From Eledone cirrhosa (Eukaryota), in NCBI GenBank assembly GCA_964016885.1, contig OZ024745.1:41168001-41232000 (forward strand): a DNA stretch of 64,000 bases. The letters are read 5' to 3'. This document shows positions 1-13,899 of the stretch, piece after piece. The notes under the pieces are model-generated. The model was not told the origin of the DNA and did not search any database. It was given only the letters and a program-made list of their open reading frames with translations. Numbering within the stretch: position 1 is the stretch's first letter; the number at the start of each line of letters is the position of its first letter. The translations under genes and the position numbers were made by a program.

Positions 1-1336
1 GTAGATGTACCAAGTTTTTTCACTGGTCACTTTACTGTGAGTGGCCAGCTATTCTGTATGTAAACACACAGACAAACCGGTTTTTAGAGTCATACTGGTT
101 TTTGAGGAAACACCTTTCCTCTATTCTCCAGAAAGCCAGACAAGGAATATTGAACTAGTTTCGTTGTTGTTACAACTCATCAGCAATATTTACCTATCTT
201 CCGGCCTCTCTAGAGAATCGTAAAAGCACATATCGTTATATGCTTTTTCTATGAAAATTAGTAGTGGGCAGACTAATTTGCATAGAGTGTGAGTAAGTAC
301 CGGTTCAACGGAGACGATAAAAACAAATAACGAAACGAAATTAAATTTCGTTTCGTTTGTAACTCACTTTTGTATGACTGACGCTTAAACAATTAAGTTA
401 AAGATGTACATCCATATATGTATACTGAAATACTAGTATGTATATGAATACACACACGTATACATATGTAGATGTACCAAGTTTTTTCACTGGTCACTTT
501 ACTGTGAGTGGCCAGCTATTCTGTATGTAAACACACAGACAAACCGGTTTTTAGAGTCATACTGGTTTTTGAGGAAACACCTTTCCTCTATTCTCCAGAA
601 AGCCAGACAAGGAATATTGAACTAGTTTCGTTGTTGTTACAACTCATCAGCAATATTTACCTATCTTCCGGCCTCTCTAGAGAATCGTAAAAGCACATAT
701 CGTTATATGCTTTTTCTATGAAAATTAGTAGTGGGCAGACTAATTTGCATAGAGTGTGAGTAAGTACCGGTTCAACGGAGACGATAAAAACAAATAACGA
801 AACGAAATTAAATTTCGTTTCGTTTGTAACTCACTTTTGTATGACTGACGCTTAAACAATTAAGTTAAAGATGTACATCCATATATGTATACTGAAATAC
901 TAGTATGTATATGAATACACACACGTATACATATGTAGATGTACCAAGTTTTTTCACTGGTCACTTTACTGTGAGTGGCCAGCTATTCTGTATGTAAACA
1001 CACAGACAAACCGGTTTTTAGAGTCATACTGGTTTTTGAGGAAACACCTTTCCTCTATTCTCCAGAAAGCCAGACAAGGAATATTGAACTAGTTTCGTTG
1101 TTGTTACAACTCATCAGCAATATTTACCTATCTTCCGGCCTCTCTAGAGAATCGTAAAAGCACATATCGTTATATGCTTTTTCTATGAAAATTAGTAGTG
1201 GGCAGACTAATTTGCATAGAGTGTGAGTAAGTACCGGTTCAACGGAGACGATAAAAACAAATAACGAAACGAAATTAAATTTCGTTTCGTTTGTAACTCA
1301 CTTTTGTATGACTGACGCTTAAACAATTAAGTTAAA

Positions 1337-1338
<2 letters not shown>
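1..1338 (-). mobile_element. Family A retrozyme-like tandem array, left arm (467-bp units, about 2.9 copies, runs off the window edge)
   Basis: Exact 467-bp period (e.g. 41/508/975). Each unit has a minus-strand HHR, at 146-190, 613-657 and 1080-1124. Confidence 0.85.
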
Positions 1339-3706
<2,368 letters not shown>

Positions 3707-4151
3707 TGTAAGTATGTATACGTACATACACATATGAATACAAACGTACAGTAGTATGTATATACATGCATACATGCACATATATATATGTACGTATGGG
3801 TTTACCGAACATTTATCATATTGCTCGGTTTGTTTGTAAACAAACAGCCCGAATTATTAGCCGTACAGTGTTCGGTAACCATCGTTGCCCTTTTGTTCAA
3901 CACTGACAAAGGGACGATGAACTAGTTTCTAGCTTATTAGTTGTCATCAGCACCGTATACCTTCCTGTCAGTCGATTGAACGTTTGAAAGTATATACTTT
4001 CCTTATGCATATTAACGGCTGAGAAGCCTAATTTGCATATAGAATGAGTTAGTCGGCCGGGAGTACCGAAAACGATAAATGGAAAAAATGAAATTTCATT
4101 TCTCACTCTTAGTACGGCTGATACTTAAATGTAAGTATGTATACGTACATA
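3707..4151 (-). mobile_element. Family C retrozyme-like monomer (423-bp period) with terminal redundancy; HHR at 3915-3955
   Basis: TGTAAGTATGTATACGTACATA occurs at both 3707 and 4130. Minus strand reads CGGTG-CTGATGA-caactaataagcta-GAAA-CTAG-TT-CATCG, with an imperfect stem II. Closely similar to family B and more distantly to A. Confidence 0.75.
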
Positions 4152-4191
4152 TATGCATATATATATATATGCATATATATACATATATATA

Positions 4192-4570
4192 TAGGAAAAT
4201 GTTAGACCCGACGGCAGAGATCAAGCCGTTTCGACGGCTATTTCTGGACACGTGTATGATGGAAATATTACCCATGACTAAGGTAGTAACATAAATTAGT
4301 ACGTATGTTTAAGTGCTAAAGCTTCTGCATATAAAAGGTAAAAATATATTTCTATTAGAAGTATATTCCAAAGAGACGAGAACAATAAAGTGGAAACAAT
4401 GCAAATGAATTTATATGAAATATGACTTACAAAATTGAAATAGCCGTCTAAATGGCTTGAGCTCTGTCGTCGGGGTCTAACATTTTCCTATTACCCACTC
4501 TACTACCCTAAGTATTAAGTACTCTGGTGCGTTATGGTCCATCTGGGTCCTTACCACACCTGCTTCGTTA
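4192..4570. mobile_element. Family D pLTR-like inverted pair with partial HHR (3' half only)
   Basis: 4192-4245 is an inverted copy of 4437-4492. Similar to 13598-13802 and 61323-61430. Confidence 0.65.
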
Positions 4571-4611
4571 CATATATAGATATATACTCATTCATTCATA
4601 CATACATACAT

Positions 4612-5259
4612 TATGGTTCCTCCCTCGTTATCGAGTATGGCCATTGCAGGAGAAAAAAATAATATATATATATACATACACATATACATACACACATATA
4701 TACACATATATATGTACATACATACACACACATATATATTAATAACAATAATAATAATAATATCTATAAGTCGTTTGGAAGCCTCGACAATGCAAATGGG
4801 TAACTCTCCGGGTAACAAGGTCCGGTGGTGGAGAGAGAGATGTAAGTGGGTGTACGTTGAGATGCGTGGTGTTTATAAGATGTGTGAGATGTGTAGAATG
4901 AAGGGGAGAGTAAAAGGATAAAAATAATAATAACAACACAAGAGAGAGTTACCTTGGGAGAGATTTAAAAGTCCCTATATATTTCGGATTCACATCCATC
5001 AACTGGGGTTTTTTCCGGGGTGGGGGAAAAGGTTTTCTGTCGGACAAGTCCGGAAGGCGTCTTTCGATGTTTGCTGATTTGAATATCTGAGGTATTCGGC
5101 AGAGCGCGCGTGCGCGTGAAATGGGGTCGGTCGTACAGAGGTCAGCGGCCGGATGAGGGATTGGGATGGCGCTAGCTGTCAGTCCATTCTCTGCCTGTTT
5201 GTGGTCCCTCCAATAATAATAATAATAACAATAATAATAACGACAATAACAACAATAAT

Positions 5260-5309
<50 letters not shown>

Positions 5310-6213
5310 GCACACACATAAACATATCTATACACACACACACGATACCAACTAACAGCGCTGCGATCGAATGTGGATTTTTAGCCCAGCCAATGATCTA
5401 AAATGTCTTGCACAGAGTCGGCAACCAAAACATTAACTGGGAATAGCCGGCTGTGGTTGGAGTTCATGTACTTTTGCATGTCGCTTGAGCCCTCCTGCTG
5501 ATTTACATTCTCTACCACATGCTTGGCAAGCATGATGAGTAGCATCTCCAACAGCAGCCTGGTAGTCAACCACTGGTCTTACTTTACGTCTGCGAAGATG
5601 ACTTTCGAGTCCAGCTTTGCTTAGGCAGAGTCTCGCACAGACGCTACATGTCAGCACCATAAGAGGACCCTCGCCGTCTGGAAATGCAACAGCAATGCCC
5701 TTCCTCCCGCTTTACTTTCTCGTATGCGATTCGAGATGCCTCAAAGCAACTTTTCCCTCATATACAGTCTTTTATTAGGATCAGCAGCAATATTTTCCGA
5801 TGTATCAGCAGAGGTGTTAGCGTCATTCAAAGAGGCTTTCAAGGAATCCTTATACTTCTTTTTTGGTTTATGTGGCGGTCGTTTTCCTTTAACTAACTCT
5901 CCATAAAAGAGTTGTTTTGGTATTCTAGAATCCTTCATCCTGGCAAGGTGACCACTCCAACGGAGTCGTTGCTTAAGCACAAGAGCTTCTATACTGTCAC
6001 ACATAGAGCTTTCCAAAATCTCGACATTACTGATGTGGTCCCTCCAGTGAACGCCATGGATCCGTCTGAGACACATCTGATGGAAACGCTCCAATTGCTT
6101 AAGGTGGTGTCGATATGTGTCCCAGGTCTCGCAGGCATAAAGAAGACAAGAGAGCACACATGCCTTGTACACCTTTACATTTGTCTCCTTGCATATGTCT
6201 CGCCGACCCCAGA
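4612..6213 (-). mobile_element. 5'-truncated RTE/BovB-like LINE with C-terminal triple C2H2 fingers (copy 1); microsatellite-expanded 3' UTR
   Basis: [28 protein letters not shown] and QLFYGEL motifs. CSVCARLCLSKAGLESH and CQACGRECKSAGGLKRHAKVH fingers. The 3' terminal hairpin at 4612-4650 is shared with copy 2. Confidence 0.85.
4766..5211 (-). mobile_element. Family E pLTR-like insertion inside (TAA)n, with variant HHR at 4973-5008
   Basis: Similar to 16950-17127 (GTTTGGAAGCCTCGACAATGCAAATGGG vs GTTTAGAAAGCCACAACAATGCAGATGGG). Flanked by TAA repeats and absent from RTE copy 2. Confidence 0.6.
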
Positions 6214-6259
6214 TATACATACATACATGCATACATACATACATACATACATACATACA

Positions 6260-6288
<29 letters not shown>

Positions 6289-6290
<2 letters not shown>

Positions 6291-7174
6291 TGGACGATAG
6301 ACGAAATCCGAACAGTTGATGTTAGAACTCGAAAAATACTGAACAACACCGGAAACTTCAACATCAACAGTGACATAGACCGCCTTTACTTGAAACGTAG
6401 GCAGGGAGGCAGCGGCCTAACATCAGTCCAGACAACATTTGAATGTCGCATCATATCTCTCCGACAACATCTACGAACCTCGAAGCGTAGGAGCCCCCTT
6501 CTCGAGCAAGTCTATCTGCATGAAACAGATAAGACCATGAGAGTTGGGAAGGAACTCCTTGAGAGATATTCCCTGTGTGCTAATCAAAAACTCACACCCA
6601 GGGATTTCGCTCAGCAGTATCGCAGTGAATCCATGGATGAAGTCTCCATGCCTATCAGAAAAAAATCATGCATGGATATGTTGCCAGGAAGCTCCAGAGT
6701 GAGAGTAATATAGATAAGGATGTAGTCTATCTTGGACCAACAACCGCTATATTGGCTCCCACTTTGAAGGATACGCTTTTGCAATCCAAGAACAGGAGAT
6801 TAGCACGAAATACCTGATTCACAAAAGAGATAGGGATGCAGGAAAAACACCTAGATGTGATAACAAGTGCATACTCTGCAGGACTAACATCGAGGATATC
6901 ACCCATCTCATCAGCAGCTGCCCAAAGATGTCATCGCGGTACTATCTACCTATGAGGCATGATGTAGTGGCCAAAGCACTGTACAATGCAGTTCGTAAAA
7001 AAGATAGCCCCGATGATAAACACATTAAAAGCTACAACAATGTGGAAGACATCCATGTACATAATATGAAAGAGTACCGGTGGAATGTTCCAGTAAAAAC
7101 CCCAATAAAATGCAGGCATAACAGACCAGATATTATGATATGGGACAGGGAAAAGAAAACATGCACAGTAGTGG

Positions 7175-7177
<3 letters not shown>
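6289..7177 (+). mobile_element. R4/Dong-type RLE non-LTR retrotransposon, C-terminal fragment (disrupted)
   Basis: DRLYLKRRQGGSGL, AIQEQEI, CCHC knuckle CILCRTNIEDITHLISSC, RHD, and RLE motif HNRPDIMIWD..KKTCTVVE. Frameshifted; preceded by (TACA)n at 6214-6288. Confidence 0.8.
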
Positions 7178-7220
<43 letters not shown>

Positions 7221-7225
<5 letters not shown>

Positions 7226-8178
7226 CAGGCACACATATATATATGCTCGTATCAGTTTACCGAACATTTATTATAATGTTCGCTTTGTTAGTTTGTAAAC
7301 AAACGAACAGCCTGATTTACGCCGTACAGTGTTTAGGCAACCACGTCACCTTTTTGTTCAACACTGACACAGGAACGATGTACTAGTTTCAAGCTTGTTA
7401 GCTATCGTCAGCACCGTATACCTTTCTGCCAGATGGTTGAACGTCCGAAAGTATATACTTTCCTTATGAAAATTAACAGCTGAGCAGCCTAATTTGCATA
7501 TCGAGTGAGTTCAGTCGGCCAGGCGCACCGAAAACGATAAGTGGAATAGAATGAAACGAAATTTCATTTCTCACTCTTAGTACGGCACTTACTTAAGTGT
7601 AAGTATGTATGTATACGTACATACATATATGTATACAGACGTACAGTAGCATGTATATATATATATATATATATATACATACAGGCACACATATATATAT
7701 GCACGTATCAGTTTATCGAACATTTGTTATAATGTTCGCTTTGTTCGTTTGTAAACAAACGAACAGCCTGAATTACGCCGTACAGTGTTTAGGCAACCAC
7801 GTCACCTTTTTGTTCAACACTGACACAGGAACGATGTACTAGTTTCAAGCTTGTTAGCTATCGTCAGCACCGTATACCTTTCTGGCCGACTGAACTCACT
7901 CGATATGCAAATTAGGCTGCTCAGCCGTTAATTTTCATAAGGAAAGTATATACTTTCGGACGTTCAACCATCTGGCAGAAAGGTATACGGTGCTGACGAT
8001 AGCTAACAAGCTTGAAACTAGTACATCGTTCCTGTGTCAGTGTTGAACAAAAAGTGACGTGGTTGCCTAAACACTGTACGGCGTAAATCAGGCTGTGCGT
8101 TTGTTTACAAACGAACAAAGCTAACATTATAATAAATGTTCGGTAAACTGAATACGTGCATATATATATGTGTGCCTG

Positions 8179-8227
<49 letters not shown>

Positions 8228-8652
8228 GCTACTGTACGTCTGTATACATATATGTATGTACGTATACATACATACTTACACTTAAGTAAGTGCCGTACTA
8301 AGAGTGAGAAATGAAATTTCGTTTCATTCTATTCCATTTATCGTTTTCGGTGCGCCTGGCCGACTGAACTCACTCGATATGCAAATTAGGCTGCTCAGCT
8401 GTTAATTTTCATAAGGAAAGTATATACTTTCGGACGTTCAACCATCTGGCAGAAAGGTATACGGTGCTGACGATAGCTAACAAGCTTGAAACTAGTACAA
8501 CGTTCCTGTGTCAGTGTTGAACAAAAAGGTGACGTGGTTGCCTAAACACTGTACGGCGTAAATCAGGCTGTGCGTTTGTTTACAAACGAGCAAAGCGAAC
8601 ATTATAATAAATGTTCGTTAAACTGATACGTAAATATATATATGTGTGCCTG

Positions 8653-8716
<64 letters not shown>

Positions 8717-9215
8717 TAAACGGAATAGAAAATGCTGACAAATTGTTCACAGTTGAAAAATGGTTTAATTAGGAATAAAAGAGTATTAGTGATTGTATGG
8801 GTTAGTATTCAGTTGTGGTTTTAAGTTTTTAAGTTTTTACCGGTTGCGCATTTCTAAATGCTTTTCAAAAATAATTTTGAGATAGAGTGTCCGTGCTGTT
8901 TGCTCTGATCTGAGCAAACAGCACGGACACTCTATCTCAAAATTATTTTTGAAAAGCATTTAGAAATGCGCAACCGGTAAAAACTTAAAAACTTAAAACC
9001 ACAACTGAATACTAACCCATACAATCACTAATACACTTTTATTCCTAATTAAACCATTTTTCGACTGTGAACAATTTGTCAGCATTTTTTATTCCGTTTA
9101 CCAATATATAGTAACTTGTGTGTTACACCTCTATTCTTTTAACTATATATATATATATACATGCTACTGTACGTCTGTATACATATATGTATGTACGTAT
9201 ACATACATACTTACA

Positions 9216-9218
<3 letters not shown>
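7221..9218. mobile_element. Family B retrozyme-like head-to-head array (456-474 bp units); main body 7221-8657, tail 9160-9218 beyond a nested insertion
   Basis: Period 456 (7221/7677). Inversion at about 7882-7884 (CTG microhomology). HHRs at 7376-7416(-), 7832-7872(-), 7988-8028(+) and 8462-8502(+): CGGTG-CTGACGA-T AGCT aaca AGCT T-GAAA-CTAG-TA-CATCG. Confidence 0.85.
8712..9106. mobile_element. Family F fold-back element (arms about 195 bp, 6-nt spacer) with HHR-like motif at 8946-8982
   Basis: Near-perfect inverted repeat centred on 8906-8911. Single-arm relatives at 45922-46105 and 53312-53490. Confidence 0.75.
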
Positions 9219-9309
<91 letters not shown>

Positions 9310-9311
9310 TA

Positions 9312-9865
9312 TACGTTATTCCGGGGCGAAACGGAGGTAACCACAGTAAGTAAGGTACTCATACATAGCAGAGTATAAAAGTTTTAATGTAGATGAGATT
9401 CTACAGGATTAGAACTGTTTCATTCTTTAGAAATCATCAGGAATCTGGGTATCAAAAAATAAATATGGTATTTATAGGCCTCTTCAGGTGGTAGGAGAGG
9501 GTAGGGAGTGGGATGGGTAGAGGTCATTGGTTGATAGAAAAGCGAATTCATTAAAAGCTAATTCTTTAAATCTATAATTTATATTTAGAGTAACAAAGGC
9601 AGAAAGAATTCTATAAACAAGTTCAGAATGGGCTGCGACTCCTTATTTTTAAGTTTCTCTTAAGCTAACAATGCCTATATTTCAGGCGTCTATAAGATCG
9701 TTGGGGGTCAGTCATGGTTGACGGATTTAATAAAAAAGGGAAATTCTTTAAAAGCTAATTCATTAAGGTTGTACTTAGATTGACAAAGGCCTAGAGAATT
9801 CTATAGACCAGCTCAAAATATTGAGTGCCTATCATACCATTATCTTCAAGTTTCTCTTAAGCTAT
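9312..9865 (-). mobile_element. Family G Penelope pLTR plus upstream sequence
   Basis: 9312-9422 matches the 5' end of the Penelope-like element (16236-16346) and 54509-54620. Confidence 0.7.
9396..9446 (-). ncRNA. Complete type I hammerhead ribozyme, family G
   Basis: AGATTC-CTGATGA-T TTC taaa GAA T-GAAA-CAG ttctaatc CTG-TA-GAATCT; GUA triplet. Confidence 0.8.
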
Positions 9866-10263
9866 ATTCCAAATATCAACAGACATATTAACAAACATAC
9901 ACACTCACACACACACATACATATATACATATATATACATACACATATATATAAATATATATATATATATGCATACATACATAAATATATACATATACAC
10001 ACATACATACACATATACATATATATATATATATACATACATATATATATATATATATATATGTACATATATATATATATATAAACACACACACACACAT
10101 ACATATACATACATATATATATATATAGATATATATTATATATACACACACTTACATATACACACATACATACATATACATACATACACACATATACATA
10201 TATATATATATACACACATAGATACATATAGACATATATACACACGTATGCACATATACACAT

Positions 10264-10346
<83 letters not shown>

Positions 10347-10360
10347 CATATATATATATA

Positions 10361-10648
<288 letters not shown>

Positions 10649-10745
10649 TCTCTATATATATATATGTATATATATAAATACATATATATATATATGTATA
10701 TATACATACACAGACATATACACATACATACATACATACATATCC

Positions 10746-10834
<89 letters not shown>

Positions 10835-10981
10835 TCTATCTACCTAAGGCGGGTAAAATTCCCGAGATCCATCGACGAGTTCTCTCCAGCGGTCTCTGTC
10901 CCTCATTATCGCTGCCATGTCCTGCGTCTCCAACAGACCAGTGTCTGTCCTGAGGGCATCAACATACGTTAACCTTGGTCT
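10835..10981 (-). mobile_element. 3' end fragment of the LINE family at 57425-60740
   Basis: [45 protein letters not shown] matches the C-terminus of the 1044-aa ORF. Confidence 0.9.
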
Positions 10982-11098
10982 TATATATATAAAAATAAAT
11001 AAATACATACACAGATATATACATATATACGTGCATACACATACATACACATACACATACACATATACATATATATACATACATATATATGTATATAT

Positions 11099-11129
<31 letters not shown>

Positions 11130-11196
11130 CACTAATATATATACATATATACATATGTAAATACACACATATAAATATACATTTACATATACACAT

Positions 11197-11253
11197 ATGA
11201 TGGCTGCCCCCTCGTTATCGAGTATGGCCATTGCACAAGAAAAAAAAAAGAAA

Positions 11254-11288
<35 letters not shown>

Positions 11289-11320
11289 TAATAAATAAAT
11301 TTAAAAAAAAAAAAAAAAAG

Positions 11321-11363
<43 letters not shown>

Positions 11364-11431
11364 CATACATATATACATACACACATACATACACATACAC
11401 TCACACATATATACACACATACATTAATAAC

Positions 11432-11486
<55 letters not shown>

Positions 11487-13375
11487 GCAATAATAATAAT
11501 AACGACAACAACAATAATAATATACATATTCATATATATATACACACACACGCACGCACATAAGCATATCTACACACACACACACACACACGATAGCAAC
11601 TAACAGTGCTGCGATCGAATGTGGATTTTTAGCCCAGCCAATGATCTAAAATGTCTTGCACAGAGTCGGCAACCAAAACATTTACTGGGAATAGTCGGTT
11701 GTGGTTGGAGTTCGTGTACTTTTGCATGTCGCTTGAGCCCTCCTGCTGATTTACATTCTCTACCACATGTTTGGCAAGCATGATGAGTAGCATCTCCAAC
11801 AGCAGCCTGGTAGTCAACCACTGGTCTTACTTTATGACTGCAAAGATGACTTTCGAGTCCAGCATTGCTTAGGCAGAGTCTCGCACAGACGCTGCATGTC
11901 AGAACCATAGGAGGACCCTCGCCGTCTGGAAGTGCAACAGCAATGCCCTTCCTCACGTCCCGCTTTACTTTCTCGTGTGCGATTCGAGATGCCTCAAAGG
12001 CAACTTTTCCCTCATATACAGTCTTTTATTAGGATCAGCAGCAATATTTTCCGATGTATCAGCAGAGATGTTAGCGTCTTTCAGAGAGGCTTTCAAGGAA
12101 TCCTTCTACCTCTTTTTTGGTTTATGTGGCGGTCGTTTTCCTTTAACCAACTCTCCATAGAAGAGTTGTTTAGGTATTCTAGAATCCTTCATCCTGGCAA
12201 GGTGACCACTCCAACGGAGTCGTTGCTTAAGCATAAGAGCTTCTATACTGTCACACATAGAGCTTTCCAAAATCTCGACATCACTGATGTGGTCCCTCCA
12301 GTGAACGCCATGGATCCGTCTGAGACACATCTGATGGAAACGCTCCAATTGCTTAAGGTGGCGTCAATATGTGACCCAGGTCTCGCAGGCATAAAGAAGA
12401 CAAGAGAGTACACATGCCCTGTATACCCTTACCTTTGTCCTCCTGAATATGTCTCGCCGACCCCAGAGTCGCCTTTCTAGCTTTCCGAAAGCATCACTTG
12501 CTTTCCTAATCCTAAGTGAGATTTCACTGTCAAGGTTGCCGTATCGACTGACAGTGCTTCCCAGGTAGACAAACTGATCAACCACTCCAAGTCGTTTGCC
12601 ATACACATAGATGTTTGGTTCAGTGTACTGCCTACTAGGGGCAGGTTGGTACATGACGACGGTTTTCTTCAGACTGACAGTCAAACCCAGGGCAGTGCAA
12701 GCGTCAGAAAATACATTCAAAATGTGCTGCATATCACTCTCTGTGTGCGCTACAAGATCGCAATCATCTGCATACAAGAGGTCTGTTATGACTGATGTAA
12801 ATACTTTTGTCTTCGCAGCAAAGCGCCTGATGTTAAATATGCTGCCTGAGGTTCGATATCGGATGTAAACACCATGCTCGCAATTCCTGAATGCAATACA
12901 GAAAACCATTGCAAAGTATATGGCAGACAGGGTCGGTGCTGGAATATCCCCCTGTTTCACTCCATTTTTTACTGAGATAGGCTCCGACATGTTACCTCCG
13001 ACATTAACCCAAGCCTTCATGTCGTCATGGAAAGACCTAACTAAAGCAAGGAACTTATCAGGGCAACCAAGTTTCTGGAGAACCTTCCATAATGCATCTC
13101 TGTTGAAAGTATCGAAAGCCTTTGTCAGATCGACAAAAACCTGATACAGATCCAAGCCCTGTTCAATGCACTTCTCATGGAGCTGTCTAGCTGAGAAGAT
13201 CATATCAGTAGTGCCGCGTCCAGCACGAAAACCAGATTGACTTTCAGGGAGGACACAATCTGCAATGTGTGTCAGCAGACGGTCCAGAAGCACCCTACAT
13301 AAAACTTTCCCTACGACAGAAAGCAATGATATACCTCTGTAGTTCCCACAATCATTCCTGTTACCCTTCCCTTGT
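11197..13375 (-). mobile_element. 5'-truncated RTE/BovB-like LINE with RT and triple C2H2 tail (copy 2), frameshifted
   Basis: [33 protein letters not shown] and YLGS motifs. Fingers at 11600-11905; 3' hairpin at 11197-11236. Confidence 0.9.
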
Positions 13376-13450
13376 ACAATACCACCATTACTGCATCTCT
13401 CCACATATCTCTACACATATATACACATACATACACACATACATACATAT

Positions 13451-13497
<47 letters not shown>

Positions 13498-13502
13498 CAC
13501 GC

Positions 13503-13597
<95 letters not shown>

Positions 13598-13601
<4 letters not shown>

Positions 13602-13802
13602 ACGAAGGAAATGTGGTAAGGAACCAGGTGGACCATAACGCAACAAAGTACTCAATACTTGGGGGTAGTAGAGTGGGTAATAGGAACCAGTAAGACCCCG
13701 ACGGCTGAGCTCAAGCCGTTTCGACGGCTAATTCTGGACTCAGTCCAGAATTAGCCGTCGAAACGGCTTGAGCTCAGCCGTCGGGGTCTTACTGGTTCCT
13801 AT
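13598..13802. mobile_element. Family D fold-back element: perfect 61-bp arms around base 13741
   Basis: 13680-13740 is the reverse complement of 13742-13802. Both strands carry GAAA-CGGC..GCCG-TC-GGGGT (HHR 3' half). Confidence 0.8.
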
Positions 13803-13899
13803 ATATATATATATATACATATACATATACATACACATACACACACAAACATATATATATATATATATACAAATAAGTACTCATAAATATACGCGTATA

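Noticed and set aside
41-223. Repeated 60-aa ORF (MASYSVCKH..) in each 467-bp unit
   Set aside because: GTG start, antisense to the ribozyme strand, no recognisable motif, and no similar protein in families B/C; identity only reflects the repeat.
8712-9106. Fold-backs as DNA-transposon MITEs
   Set aside because: Relatives occur as single arms, arm lengths are asymmetric in other families, and the HHR motifs and pLTR similarity point to PLE-type retroposition.
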